NCBI GenBank assembly: GCA_009602735.1
Contig: WELA01003228.1
Coordinates: 16,584-80,583 of the forward strand
Origin: Mesotaenium endlicherianum
Taxonomy: Eukaryota
Reading direction: 5' to 3'
DNA: 64,000 nt
How positions within the stretch are numbered: position 1 is the first letter of the stretch; each line of letters starts with the position of its first letter. The position numbers were made by a program, and so were the translations under genes. Positions 1-13,315 of this stretch are shown here, piece after piece. Under the pieces are notes generated by a model. It saw nothing but the letters and a program-made list of their open reading frames with translations, did no database searches and had not been told where the DNA came from.

Positions 1-249
1 GAGGGGGGAGAGGGGACGAGGGAGAAGGAGAGGGAGAGGAAGAGGGAGTGGGGAAGGGGGGAGGGGGGGAAAGGGGGACGGGTGAAAGGGGGAAGGAGGA
101 GAGGGAAAGAGAAAAAGGGGAGGATGAGGGGAAGAGAGAGGAAGAGGGAACGGAAACGGGAGAGGGAGCAAGATGGCAAGGAAGCGGTAGAGGGAGGGAG
201 AGGGATTGAGAAAGAGAAAGAGAGAAGAGGACGCGGAACGAGGGCACAC

Positions 250-3200
250 CTGGCGGGCAGCGGGAGCCGTTGGCCCTGAAGTCGGCCCACGGCTTCGCAG
301 ATGGCAGCATGTTGGGGAACGATGACACGGCCCCGCTGGGGCAGCGGGGCGAGCACAGCCCCAGCGTGTGCTGCGCGCACAGGCCCTCGTAAAACCTCCA
401 GTGCACTGCAAGCCAGGGGTTGCGGAGGGGAAAAGAATCGCGCTTCGAATGAGAAGGAGCCCGTGGAATGCGTGCTTAGTGCCGAGACTGGCGAGCGTTT
501 GGGCGGCTGCTTTGACCAGGTCCAACTCTGATGTGGAGGACAACAGTGGTGAAGGGACGGTGCCCAACCAGGCCGAGAAGATGAAGCTGCTGTCGACACA
601 GCCGCGTGCGACATGCGCGGGACCCGGGAGCCGAGGCCGGCGCAACACACGGACATCCTCCTTCACCTGCTGCAACGAGAAGGGCTGCGTGATTTGCTGC
701 AAGAATGCGCAGCCGGGAGCAGAACTCCACAATCGAGCGGCGGGCCCCCCTGCAGCCACCACGCCTGTTTCGTCGCAGGAACAAGCCGCCACGTGGATCC
801 TGGCCAGCCTCTGAGACCGCCAGAGCACACCCTCCACCTCCGGGCCAGTCTTCTGTTGTCCGCCAATCACGTGCATTTGCGTACGCTGGCTCTGCAGAGG
901 AGAGTGAGATCGATGATGCCACAAAGGAAAAAAAAGGGGGGGCAATGGAGGTGGGGGGAGGGAGCGTTACAGAAGAGCAAAGAAAGCTCAGCAAGCGGGA
1001 CCCGNNNNNNNNNNNNNNNNNNNNNNNNNNNNNNNNNNNNNNNNNNNNNNNNNNNNNNNNNNNNNNNNNNNNNNNNNNNNNNNNNNNNNNNNNNNNNNNN
1101 NNNNNNNNNNNNNNNNNNNNNNNNNNNNNNNNNNNNNNNNNNNNNNNNNNNNNNNNNNNNNNNNNNNNNNNNNNNNNNNNNNNNNNNNNNNNNNNNNNNN
1201 NNNNNNNNNNNNNNNNNNNNNNNNNNNNNNNNNNNNNNNNNNNNNNNNNNNNNNNNNNNNNNNNNNNNNNNNNNNNNNNNNNNNNNNNNNNNNNNNNNNN
1301 NNNNNNNNNNNNNNNNNNNNNNNNNNNNNNNNNNNNNNNNNNNNNNNNNNNNNNNNNNNNNNNNNNNNNNNNNNNNNNNNNNNNNNNNNNNNNNNNNNNN
1401 NNNNNNNNNNNNNNNNNNNNNNNNNNNNNNNNNNNNNNNNNNNNNNNNNNNNNNNNNNNNNNNNNNNNNNNNNNNNNNNNNNNNNNNNNNNNNNNNNNNN
1501 NNNNNNNNNNNNNNNNNNNNNNNNNNNNNNNNNNNNNNNNNNNNNNNNNNNNNNNNNNNNNNNNNNNNNNNNNNNNNNNNNNNNNNNNNNNNNNNNNNNN
1601 NNNNNNNNNNNNNNNNNNNNNNNNNNNNNNNNNNNNNNNNNNNNNNNNNNNNNNNNNNNNNNNNNNNNNNNNNNNNNNNNNNNNNNNNNNNNNNNNNGAC
1701 GGCGGCGCGGCGGACGGCCCCCGAGGGGCGCATGAAGGCGGCCAGCGACTGGTACACGCCCGCCCAGCGCAGGCCCGGGAACATGCCGCCCACGCCCGCG
1801 CACCGCTCGCCGGCGAAGGGCGCCAGGTCGCGGGCGACGTCGGCCGGCGAGGACCAGCCCAGGTATTTATACTCCATGTCATACTGCCAGGCGTGCAGAT
1901 CCCCAGGGGATGAGGTTCAGGTTCGGGGCACGGGGCTTTGGGGTTCAAGGTTCAGGGCGGAAGCGGGGAAAGGAAGGCTGGGGGGGGGAAGAGTGGAGGG
2001 AGAGGTAAGCTGTGGGGGACGAGGGCAGGCGAGGAGGAGCACCGCAGGCAGGCGCGCGACTTTGCATATTGCACTTCACATGAATCACATCGGCGGAAGA
2101 ATGAAGTTCGGAGAGCATGAGTGAACTGTGTTGTTACCGGCTGTTTGCTTCCTCAAGGAACAAGATATTCACGTCATTCTCTGGTAGGAACAAAGGGAAG
2201 GGCACTCAGTACTACTTGGAGACCAAAGAATCAGCGTGCAAGGGAGAGGAGAGAGGGAGAGGGTGTACATGTTTGCCATTCTCTAGTGCTGAGGAAGCGG
2301 GGGGGGGGACGTGGGACATGAAGATTTTATTCAACTTACAACTGCAGCACGCTTGTTGGGAGGAGCGAGGGAGGGAGGGATGATTTCACAGAGGGAGTGA
2401 AAGCGGGGAGGAGACCACAGGAGAGAGTGCGCGCGTGCTTACTTGCTTCTTGAAGGGCGCGGATTGGTTCCACCCGCGGAACAGCGACTTGACCTGCAGT
2501 TGGTGCAGCTTGATGTACACGTCCAGCTGGCTGTCGCACACACGGAGGCACTCTTCTATTGGCAGGATGCTGGCGTACCGCGCGAGGTACTCCAGGTCGT
2601 AGATGTCTTTCATCTCAAAGCCCCAGTGGCCACCCGCATACCCTGCGCATATCCATACACATATATGCATATATACACATATAGTAAGCTTCTGTCTATG
2701 AAAAGGAGTGAACGACTCAAGCAACATGTGACCCTGAACGATACATGCGAACGATATACTGCAGTAGACGCGCGCATGCCGCAGCTGGAAACGCACAGCT
2801 CCCCAACTGGTCAGACTCCAAACTCCCGCGGAAGAAGGGAGAAGCAGAGACAGGTCAGCACCAAAGAGTAGAGCAGTGAATGCACGTTCAGAGCGTGACA
2901 TGCCGCCCTTCTGCAACATGTACACGCGTGCACGCGTGTGTAAAGAAACGGACCAGTCCTCCATCCCGCTGGGCAGCCGTAGCATGAACACTGATCACGT
3001 TTTTCGCTTCAGGCAATGAGCCTCGGGAGCCCTCATGGCAGCGCCCATGGCTGCCTGTGGGTGCGTGCGCTCCTGACGCGTTCCAACACCGGTGGAAGCT
3101 TATGAAAAACTTATGAGGTAGCAGAAGAGGGGTGTGCAGAGGGAAGCTCCACGAGGTGGAGCGGCTCCCACTCCCATCGGGACGGGACAAAGCTCAAGCA

Positions 3201-3326
3201 TCGTCAGCAACATCGCCGTTGCCGACATATCGCCGCGACCAGCAGAAGCACCACAGCCATATCATCGTCGTCGTTGCTGTCGTCGTCTCCCACCGTCCTC
3301 GCCGTCATCTTCGCCATGACTAGCAA

Positions 3327-3360
<34 letters not shown>

Positions 3361-4024
3361 GTCATCATCGTCATCATTGATGTCATCAGCAACGTAGCTG
3401 ACAGGCTGGCTGGCCGGGGGGTCTCACCAAAGTGCTTGAGGGGGCCGGTGGAGAAGTCGGGAAGGCAGAGCGTGCGGTTGAGAATGCGAGCGAGCGCCAC
3501 CATGGATGCAAACTCGACAGCTTGGTTGCCATGGCCGGCAAAGTGGGAGAGGATGGGCACCAGATAGCTCCTGTCATCTGGCGGCTCCAAAGGACCGGCA
3601 GCAGCCTGCTGGACGCCACATGGCACCCCCGGGCGCTGCAACAGAAATTAGTTATGTTACTCCCAGGCACAGTTTGTGGTAAGAGCCAAAAAATGTGAGC
3701 TGGAAGCTTACAGGCTGCTTACTCCCTGGTCCTGTCCTCGTATATTGTCATTTATATATTATTTATGCTGTTATGTTGACAAACACATTAAAGTCAAACT
3801 CTTCTTTCTTTCTTTCTTTTCTTCTTTGTCTAACAGCTAACTTGCTGGCAGGTCGCAAGCACCTGGGGCGCGTCGGCAAGGGCCTCCCGCTGACCTTCAG
3901 CGGAGACCATAGGCAGTGGGGCCCTGGCTGTAGTCCCCCCATTTATGACTGCAGCCAGGCAAAGCCACCGGGCTGCCACTTGGCACAATGCAAGGGGATG
4001 ACCCATCACCTTCGTCTTCACCAT
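250..4024 (-). CDS. GDP-fucose protein O-fucosyltransferase-family protein (spliced; interrupted by a gap and continuing past the left window edge)
   Basis: Phase-consistent GT-AG exons 4024-3863, 3635-3428, 2642-2443, 1883-(gap at 1697), and a further exon 405-250. Motifs GHGNQAVEFASMVALARILNRTLCLP and VHWRFYE match the O-FucT G-x-GNQ...LNRTLxLP and HxR motifs. The N-terminus is moderately hydrophobic. Confidence 0.7.
1005..1697. other. assembly gap (N run)
   Basis: Run of n. Confidence 1.
3327..3377 (+). repeat. (CAT)n microsatellite in an intron
   Basis: Tandem CAT/CGT units. They explain the poly-M and poly-I artefact ORFs. Confidence 0.9.
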
Positions 4025-5699
4025 GGCAACTTCAGACTGGTGCCCGATGGAGAAATATTCATATATAGACTAAACGGCAGGGGGGTCTGCGCACTACTCG
4101 CAGTCGGCGTGTCAACCTCCAACGCAAGAACATACTACTAGTGCTTGGCTCTTATGTTTCAGTCGTTGCGAGTGGTGCATGCGGATCAGCGAATATGATT
4201 GCTGCTGTACGGCACACATGTTGTACACGAGCTACCTCATAGTGGAGTCTGTGTGAAGGGAAGTTGCAACGGTCATTGCACACTGTGAACCAGCTCGTCA
4301 ATGCAGAGCTTCCACGTGCAAAACCTATGTGGTAGGGCCGTGCAAACGATGCAGGCATTTAAGCTTAGTTAGTAAGTTAGCAGGCACATTGGTTTCGATA
4401 TAAGTTACTGACAGCGGAAATACGTCCTGCCATTTAGATCAATCGGGAAAATGAAATTCGCGTATACTGGTGTTAGCCTGGACAGTGAACTTCATCACTG
4501 GGTCAATACATTACAATCCACATTCTAAGTCAGGACACCTGATAGTGAGCGCAGAAGAATGTCATCGGCGGAGAGGCCCGCTGTGCCCTTACGTACTTGT
4601 GAAGAAACTGTACACAGTGTACTGCTAGTTGCGCGTGCTGAGAAACAGGGAAGGTTGCAGGGAATGTTCAACGAGCTAAGAGATGGTCCAAGATTGCCTG
4701 GAGGATGTAGCCTTCCGTATCTCGAGTCGAGTGTAGCCCCACACAGCCCCCCACAGCCCGACATGAACTGCACGCCTCATGTGTGCCGCACGCCAAAAGT
4801 TGCATGACGGCAAACTAGGCATCGTTCACAATTGTCCACAGTCGTCCACAATCGTCTGACGCCGGTCTGACGTCCATCATCGTAGCTCCCGCCCGCTCTT
4901 GGCTCCCGGCCCCGATAACAGTTCGACTGAACCAGACTGAACCTAGACTGGCCTGGACTGGCCTATAGCCCAGGCCCCCAACCTGAGCCCGACCAAGCCT
5001 GACCAAGCCCGAAGGTCAACCCGGTTCCTCCTGAGCCAGTCAAGCCAACCCAAGCCTGTCTCCAGCAAGGAAGAATCGTGTGACATAGCTAGAGCTCGCG
5101 CTTCAGACAAGCTTGTTTCCTGACACCCACTGACACCAACTGAATCGGTTCCAACAGGTACCAACTTCCGAGTCTTTGAGGCTGGAGCCACCTGAGCCAG
5201 CGGCCCGGTTTACTGTGGCCACTGGCACTCAGTTGATCAACGCGAATAGCGAAATTGGAAATGACGAGATCGAAGCGACGAAGACAAAACAGCTAGACAA
5301 AAAAGCGTTTACAGTGCACAGGCACAAAATTGATCGAGGGGTTGTCAAATCCCCTCCATACGATGTCGCGCTTCGTCTACTCCTTGTCGTCCCGAAATCG
5401 TTGCCAAAAAATAGGATTACTCCACGAGTACATCCTTATTTGAATCCCCTACCTAATTTTGACAGTCCTTGTCGATAGAGTGATCGGCGAGGAGGGGTCG
5501 TTCGAGGGTTCGAACACATCTCAGGATTTCAAACCTGCTCGAGAGCAGGTTTGAAAATACGAGTTCGATTGATTGAAACCACGAAGTTCAATCAATTTTT
5601 TACCAACTTCAATCAATCACGTCGCGCCTAAAGCCCACATTTTTACCGCGCTCAAATTTAAAATGTACTTGCAGGTACCAGTTCGTACTTTTCAATAAA

Positions 5700-7620
5700 T
5701 CAAGTCGCGATCGATATGCCCACTGTAAACGGGGCCAGGTCCGCCAGAACTCGCAACGTTATTATATACGGACCATCGTGGACCACAAACGACCATTGAG
5801 GATGGAAGTCCTCGAAGGGCATTTCCGGTCCACGATATGTGACGATAAAACAAACAAAAAACAAAAGTACTTTTCTGGTTGTCGTCATGCCGACTGTAAT
5901 CAGGTCATGCTAGCCGTTACACTCTACCACAAGGGTGATGATATACACTGCCTTCAATGGTGAGCTTTACATCCCCTTAACTTCCAAGTAGCTCTCTTGA
6001 CTCTTGAGTATTTGCCCTTTGAGGTGCTTTGAGGGCCACCATGTGTTCTTCTAGAGTGCTCTTGGGCGTCTTGATTGCCTTCACATGTTGCTTACACACT
6101 CTCTCTCAGGTCCGACAAATGTAGAAGAGAATGTACCACTCCACTGTTATTGGGTCTTATGCCTATCGAGTATTAAGCTGCTTTTGTCTCTCTTTCTATA
6201 TTGTTTCCAACCCTGATCGCTCTGTAACTTACATTGAGAGCAAGTCCACACCTTGAAAATGTGCAAGTCACGAAACAGGCCCACTCAATTCACTCGAAAA
6301 GCTCTAGGTACTGATCCCCATCAACCTGGGTGGGACAAAAGAGTGGACCCAAGCTTTCCTATCTCCGAGACCCACATATGACAGCGCTCCATAGATCTAG
6401 TGTATAGGTTTTCGCAATTTTTGACCGGCCAAAATAGCAGACAAATGAATTCGCACAAAAAGTCTCGAATCGCCAACAATCTTTCTATCTTTTGAAGTCG
6501 TCGACAAGCTCTTACATTCAGTTTTGTATGAAGTCAACTTTTTTTGTTGACAGAGTCCATCCCGCGTGTTTAGGATGTTGCTAGATGCGTGGTATTTGAC
6601 ACGTGTACATGATCATAAGCATTGGTGGAACATTTTGCACATACTATCAATTTGATTTCACTTCTCCGATATGGGAGGGTTTTTTCATTCCCATGCGCCA
6701 CGTAGAAGTTAAATTGTTGAAATATTCTCATGGGGAACATTTACGACAATAAGTGACTAGTTGAATAGAATGATTGTCGAGCCTTCGCAACCGCATTCAC
6801 TTATGTGGGCATTTCATTGTCTTTTGATGTGTGTCAAGCCATTTCATTGTTCATTCAAGAGAACATGTGTGGTAATGAAAGTCGAGTCATGAGGTGTTTT
6901 GGACTTCATCAGATTGGAATATATGTTCAAGAGTTGTCGAAGATGTGAAGCTCTTCAATGACGACTTCTAACACCGTGTGACTCTGTGATCAATCAGAAT
7001 TAAGCGCACCTACGAGAACTACCACCTCTTCATGGTAACGGTGTAAATATTTGAACTTCTTTTAGTCGCCGCTTTATTTGAATCTGAAGACTACGTATTT
7101 TGTTCACTTGAACACATTCATGACCAACTTTTGCTTCCCCGCCCTCACCCTGCGCAAATTGTTGACAAACGTATGGACCCAACAGTAAAAGTAGTAATTT
7201 GATGCGGTTTTTTAGAACTCATATCCAAAATGGGGAACGATTCCACTGCACTTGTTACGAGTTTGCTAGTGATGGATGGAGATTTGTCGCGCCATTCCGC
7301 GCCGGTAGATGCTTTTTAGGGTGCGTATCGACACGACTTGCTTGGACAAGATTGATTGTTACACTGCATTCATGATATTTGAGGCAATTGACTACCCCTT
7401 AAGCTTATGCCAAAGCCAATGTGCTCAACTCTTTATACGGGATTGCAATACGATTATTTGTCCCTCGGTATTATGAGACCATTTATGTAGATAACAATTC
7501 AAAGTTTGTTGAAAGCAAGGAACTTGTGAAGGAAAATGAGGAGAAGCTAAGCTTGGCACTAGGAGCTGTATGGGTGGAAGTTTCAGGTTTGTTAGTGTCC
7601 GGCAGTTGATACATTAGCAC
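5700..7620 (+). pseudogene. highly decayed hAT-like DNA transposase remnant (boundaries approximate)
   Basis: Stop-ridden translation fragments resemble hAT motifs: FSFPCAT*KLNC (cf. FWTPCAAHCLNL) near 6685, SSDWNIC...NDDF*HRV near 6910, and a Cys/His segment near 5880. No TIR/TSD pair found. Confidence 0.3.
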
Positions 7621-8232
7621 ACCTTATGATCCATATAAAAGTTTGTATACAAAACTAAATTGAACTCATCATCTACTTATGCCTTACCGGAAGGGTGTTT
7701 GGTTATTGTACATGCACACAATCATTGTAGTAACAATTCTTGGTGATTGGTTTTCAACTTCTTCTTAAATGTATTAGCAACCCGACAATGGACGCATTTC
7801 TAGCTGCTCAATACCCTAACAGGTGTTAACAGTAGCATGATGGCATTGCATAGAAGCACTACCACTCTCTACATTTGATGCCGATGTTCAACAACTTTAG
7901 CGCAGATTATTAAGTAGCATCAAAGTAATATTGTAGTGAAAAGACCTCGACGATATTATCGGCAAAGTATATTCCTATTTGCTCATTGTTCCTCTTCAAA
8001 ATAATTGCTTGCTTGGCATGTCGTATGCGTAACCCCACTGTCGAATAGTATGGTGTCATTTATAGTGCCCACATAAGTCATGATTTGATGCGTAGTATCC
8101 ACCACTTTTACCCCCAGCAACCTACACTCATGCCATAGGACGCACTCCTCTTGCCAGTTGGGCAAGTTGCAATGTATCTTGTGGAATCTGCACAAGCCCA
8201 GTAGTTAAACACCTCTAGTTAAGATCCGGCCA

Positions 8233-10298
8233 TCATGATGCTGCAAGCAGAAAGGAGTCATTCTTGTCCTTGTGAGACATGCTTCTAGTAACCAGCTGGC
8301 AACAAAACCAATGGCGTGCAGTGTAACAATTATAGGAGCACACATTCAGCCAATCTCTAAGAAAGCAGAAACAAGTATCTGACGATGCGGTCAATCTAAT
8401 TGAGGTTGTCCAGCAACCCTTGACTTGGCTATGAAAGAGCTGTAAAGCACTAACATGCATAGGTATCAAAAAAACTATGCATAACCAAGTTTTTAAAACA
8501 TATGCGACTCTCCATTTCGTACAAAAAGAACGTATTGGATGAGACTTGGGGAGGGGTGCATGATGAATACTTACGTCTTGCAGAATGCCGTCCACCTGAT
8601 TACGAGCAATTTTCAACAGCTTTATAGCCCTGTCCAGATCGCTTGTAGAGGAGGAACCCACCCGAGCTTTCTTCGTAAACTCTCGACCTCCAAGTACACT
8701 CTCAGCAAATGCTAGATTATCCAATAGCTGCCCAAAGTACTCTGCTTGTATCAGGCGCTGATCTGAGGTGATGGACAAGCCATAAGTTTCTGAACACATT
8801 ACGAAGAGACTGAGCGAGAAGCAGACGTCTGAAATCACATAGTGCTCATTTCCATCACAAAAATTGCCGACTTGAAAGTTTCTCCAGCAATGACAGTCTA
8901 AACCCATAAGCGGTGGCCCATAGCAGCACACGCAGTCCAACAGATGCAGCACATGTCAAAAATGGATCGAGGTCTTATGAACTAGTACCTCAGCAATCTC
9001 TTCCCTGTCGACCCCATAATCTAATTCCAAGTCTGGTAGCGTCGATTGGAGTTCAACTCGGACTCGATTTAGTATTCTGCAAAATATACATTTCCCTCTT
9101 AACTCCAACTTTTCCTCTTGCCAAGTAGACATACACCAAGCGAGCATATAGACAAGTGAAAACAAGAGATGTCACACCAGAGTGAGCATCTGAACATCCA
9201 CAACACTTCGACAATTTGAATGAGCGTGCCTAATAGTAAAAAGCACGACCATCATGCACCTCGAGTTGCTGCCAAATGTTGGAGAACTGCAATGTGCTGT
9301 GCAAATTAAGCATGGCAGCAGTTCGTTACTTGAATCACGTGCCACTCACGTGCATGACACTTGTATGTCTGGTGGCGGCTCAGAGTCATCCTTCAATGAC
9401 TGCAGACTAGTAGACAGGTTTGATAACACCTCCAGTGCATTCAGGGCCCCTTGCAATGCTCTTTCTCCAGGGTCAACATACAATTCCCCTCTAGCTGCCT
9501 GGCCAATGACAACAATACAAGGTCCCATGTTATACAACATATTGCCCGTGTCAGAATGGCTGCATGCTGGAAAATTATATATGCAAAAGGAAAATAAACC
9601 ATACGTCTGCCTACCAGGGGGGCACGCCCCAACTCTTGAACACAATATTGCAGCTAAAGCATTTGCACCTCTTTGTCCACTCATACAATGAGTCAGTTTC
9701 GTATCATGCACGCTGAGCTCGACAATAAGTCCTGACATTTTTCATGAGTAAAAGCAGACTACCGTAGCTCACAAATGGTTAACATCCTATATTACTACTA
9801 TATTGCCGGATGCGAATATTGTCAGACGTTATAGCTGGTTGATATGTACATGCCAAAATCCAGGACTTCTCGCACGAGGCGATATGTTTTTACCGGCTGG
9901 TATCCAGCAAGGAAGAGCGGAAGACTAAGCAGAAATGCGCGGCGGGATAATGTGAATGTTTCCCCATCAGAGATCTCTCTAGCTTCCTGCGACCAAGCTT
10001 CACCAGAACCTAGACATTGGCATTGAAACCTTGATATAAATTCGGAAAAGAGGCGTCCTACTTTTGGACATACTACTGTGTGCAGCTTTGGATTCAATAA
10101 AACTTGTTCTTGGCTACAATCGTTTTTTATATAACCTCTTCTCCTGCATTCATTTGAAGCAGCACCCCATTGAAATGGTACTCCTTTCACACTCAAAAGC
10201 GGAAGATAGTAGAACGTGCTTTCTCTGATACCACCAGGAGCTCTGGTACAAAGAAAGGTGAGACAAGCCATAAAACAAAGAAATCCTGTAAGCTTCAT
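8233..10298 (-). CDS. probable chloroplast thylakoid-lumen protein of unknown family (spliced)
   Basis: Phase-consistent exons 10298-9894, 9498-9350, 9076-8989, 8757-8575; the last exon is ambiguous (one candidate ends at 8233). Splicing assembles SRRAFLLSLPLFLAGYQP-AARG-ELYVDP, a twin-arginine signal with an AxG cleavage-like site after a transit-like N-terminus. Confidence 0.55.
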
Positions 10299-11133
10299 AA
10301 GACGAGACTCAACTCTGCGCTTTCACGTAAGCACGCGGCACAACGCGACAACATTGCTCAAACGTCGTTGATTGAAGTCTGCATCGAAAATGAGAACACG
10401 CCAACACGCACCAGAAAGATATTTGGTGAATGTTCTTGTAGTATAGTTTATTAAATGTTCTTACAGGGCAATTTTTTCAGCAAATTTAGCTTGGTCGATT
10501 AATGTTCCGTGCGAGCTGGTTAGAGTACCGACGAGTCGCGTGAACTCGGTTTCTTAAACTTGGTTCTGTACGCGCGGTCTTGTCAAAATTGCATGAATTC
10601 TCCTAGAGGCCACCGGAAAATCTTATGATCGTTCATGGTGCTCAAATGAGGAGCTTCTAGTACGATTGTTTCTTGCTCAATGTTGTCATTGCTGTGATAC
10701 TGAGATACGTTTGGGAATGATAGCCTCGAGGAAAACCTACGCGAAAGACTGGAGTTCGATGTCGTCCTGCTGCTAATGATGTAAGTCTCAAGCAAGTCAA
10801 TTCATGATATTTGTAAGACCATCATTGTGCAGGATTTAGAGCAGTGTATGCTTGCTCTGAGGAGAAGCTGATGACCCGATTTATCTTATAACCTATTTCC
10901 TTATGTATGGCGATTGTTTTGAGATCAGTTGAAAGCATCAATTGTGGACATAGGGAAAGCGTGGTGATCTAGCGGACTATACAGGCTACGGACGACATAT
11001 AACCCTATGCATGCTAGACACCGGAATTTTTTATTGAGGTTACGTGGATGAGAGTTCCTGACGTGACTTGTTGAGTATGCAGACGTTCTTAGTTTAGAGA
11101 AAGAGTTGTATTCAGACGACGCAGGTCACGAGC

Positions 11134-11887
11134 ATGTCTCTGGAGTCTGCTGGTTTTCCAACTCTGGCGAATGAGTCAGCACCCGGATTTTGGGGACCCA
11201 TCACGTCGAGCACGCAATGGTGTGAAGAAAATTATGCTTTCTCTCCGTAAGCCTTCTCCCCAACCTCCTGGCTTTTCAGTCTTGAGCTTTTAGTGGCCAT
11301 TGATGAATGTTACACACTGCACGCCTTGCCCAGGGGTTCTCATCTTGTCTCGCTCATGCAAAGTGTCATTGTGTGCTCCGTGATCCCTCAGCTATGTTGC
11401 AGAGTTTTTCAACACAATCTCCAATGCATTTTTCCTCGTCCTAGCCGGATTTGGCCTTTGGCATTCCATCAAGCAAGGGTTTGAGAGGAGGTTTCACTAC
11501 CTATACGTCTCCCTCGTGGTTGTGGGCATAGGCTCTGCCCTTTTCCACGCAACTCTACAGCATGTGTAAGTGCCAACTGTCTCCAGCTGACTATTATGAA
11601 GTGCTTCCTTTGCAGTTCCTGTCCTTCCGGATAGCATATAGAACAGCGCTTGGAGTGTTTTGTGGATGTTGTCTCCAGCGATAGAGTAGTTTGAGGGAGA
11701 CTTTGTTGCTGGAGCAAAGCTTGTTGAGGCACTAAATCCGTATGTCTCAACCTGTGGTGGCGCCTAATGCTATCGACACATGTCGTTTCCGCCAGTGGAT
11801 TTTAGTAGTCTGATCTGCATATAAAGGGAAAGGCAGTAACTGAACTATATTGCCATATTTGCAATATGAATTTATGCGTATGTGTGT

Positions 11888-11922
<35 letters not shown>

Positions 11923-12674
11923 TGTCCAGCAATCCTAGTGAACCTGGACCTCTCCTCACCCCCCATAGCCTGGCCGCCTCATACCAAACTCATTGTCCAG
12001 TTTACTGCATCATCAAGACATTGTAGCTGTGCTCCTAGTTCTGTGAGAGTTACGCCTGTCAAAATCACGCTTGTTCACTGTTATGACTGAGCTCCTTTTC
12101 TGTGTCTTCTGTTGCGCGTCGGACACTGTCTTTCTTTGCACCGTGCAGCCAGCAGCAGAGCGACGAGACGCCCATGGTGTGGGGCATGCTGCTCTACATG
12201 TATGTCCTGTTCTCTCCCGAGTGGCACTATAAGTACTCCATGCCCACGTTCCTGGTGCTCTACGGGACGCTCTTTGCCATCATTCACTCGCAGCTCCGCT
12301 TCGTGGTCATCTTCCAGCTGCACTATATCTTCCTCTGCCTGCTGTGTGCCCCTCGATGGGTGAAGTACTACTACCAGACGCAGGATCGGCGGGCTCGCAG
12401 TCTTGCCCATTGGTACCTCTTTGTGCTCGTCGTCGGCACAGGGTGTTGGTTAGCCGACAGACACATGTGCTCCTCGATGAGGGCACTTCCTGTCAATCCC
12501 CAGGGGCACGCGTGGTGGCACCTCTTCATGAGCATAAATTCCTACTTAGGTATAGCCTTCTTGCAGTACTGCCGCGGTGTGCAGCTTAACTGGAAGCCGG
12601 AGGTGAGGTACTGCTTAGGCATTCCTTATATACGCATAGATAAGGGAGAGGAGAAAGCCAAGAAGGAGGCATGA
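11134..12674 (+). CDS. ACER: alkaline ceramidase (ACER/phytoceramidase, CREST family), 270 aa
   Basis: Exons 11134-11246, 11392-11565, 12149-12674 in phase. Motifs GFWGPITSSTQWCEENY, VAEFFNTISN, GSALFHATL, QQSDETPM, PQGHAWWH. Confidence 0.93.
11891..11921 (+). repeat. (GT)n microsatellite in ACER intron 2
   Basis: Perfect TG dinucleotide run. Confidence 0.9.
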
Positions 12675-13315
12675 TTATCCCACGGATCCATCACAATATA
12701 AGAAAAGTCAAAAGTTGCTTCTTAAGAGCGTCCGTCAAAGCTAAGGCTGCTGTAAATAAACATATAGGAGAAACTGGTGGTGGATTGTTGGATATGACTG
12801 AAAGTATGTCGATAGGTATTGGCGGTTGGTGTGGTTGCTGCGAGATCTGGATATGCAGAAGATTCTTATTGACAATAGTTGAACAAGTTAGTGCAAGTCA
12901 TAAGCTTACAAAAGAAGATCACCTTGATTCATGTGCATACCATTATCGGAATACATGGCACTTGAGCAGTACTATTAAGGATCCTGCTGGTTGTATTTAA
13001 ACCACTTCTTGTGGGTAATCTATGGGCGCGAATGGTGCCTCCTGAAATTTTTGCAATGGATGGGATTTAAGCCCCTTGTCGGCTATTCATGCAACACCCA
13101 TTTGACCCCTCTCATGAGGTATACATACAAATTTGGCGTTGCACATGTGTGCGGTCAGATTTGACTCATGGCCGCTAAATATGATTATGAAAAGCAGCAG
13201 GAAGAACTGGACAAAACTGCTTTTGAAGCGGGAGGACAGGTGCGTGGGCGGATGAAGGATGCTGACAAGGATCTGCATGATTTACACCTGGAATATCGAT
13301 CAGGCGACAGCTTTT

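Noticed and set aside
1..240. 65-aa Arg/Glu/Gly-rich ORF (82-279)
   Set aside because: G/A low-complexity intronic tract of the minus-strand O-FucT gene.
476..2124. Long ORFs containing X runs (also around 18-19 kb and 32.8-33.9 kb)
   Set aside because: Artefacts of translating through N gaps.
4825..5060. CRISPR-like or regular repeat array
   Set aside because: Short, irregular, degenerate motifs with no constant repeat-spacer period; eukaryotic context and no cas genes.
5960..6420. Possible LTR-element fragment (minus-strand purine tract then TGTAAAG)
   Set aside because: No second copy, TSD or coding support in this window.
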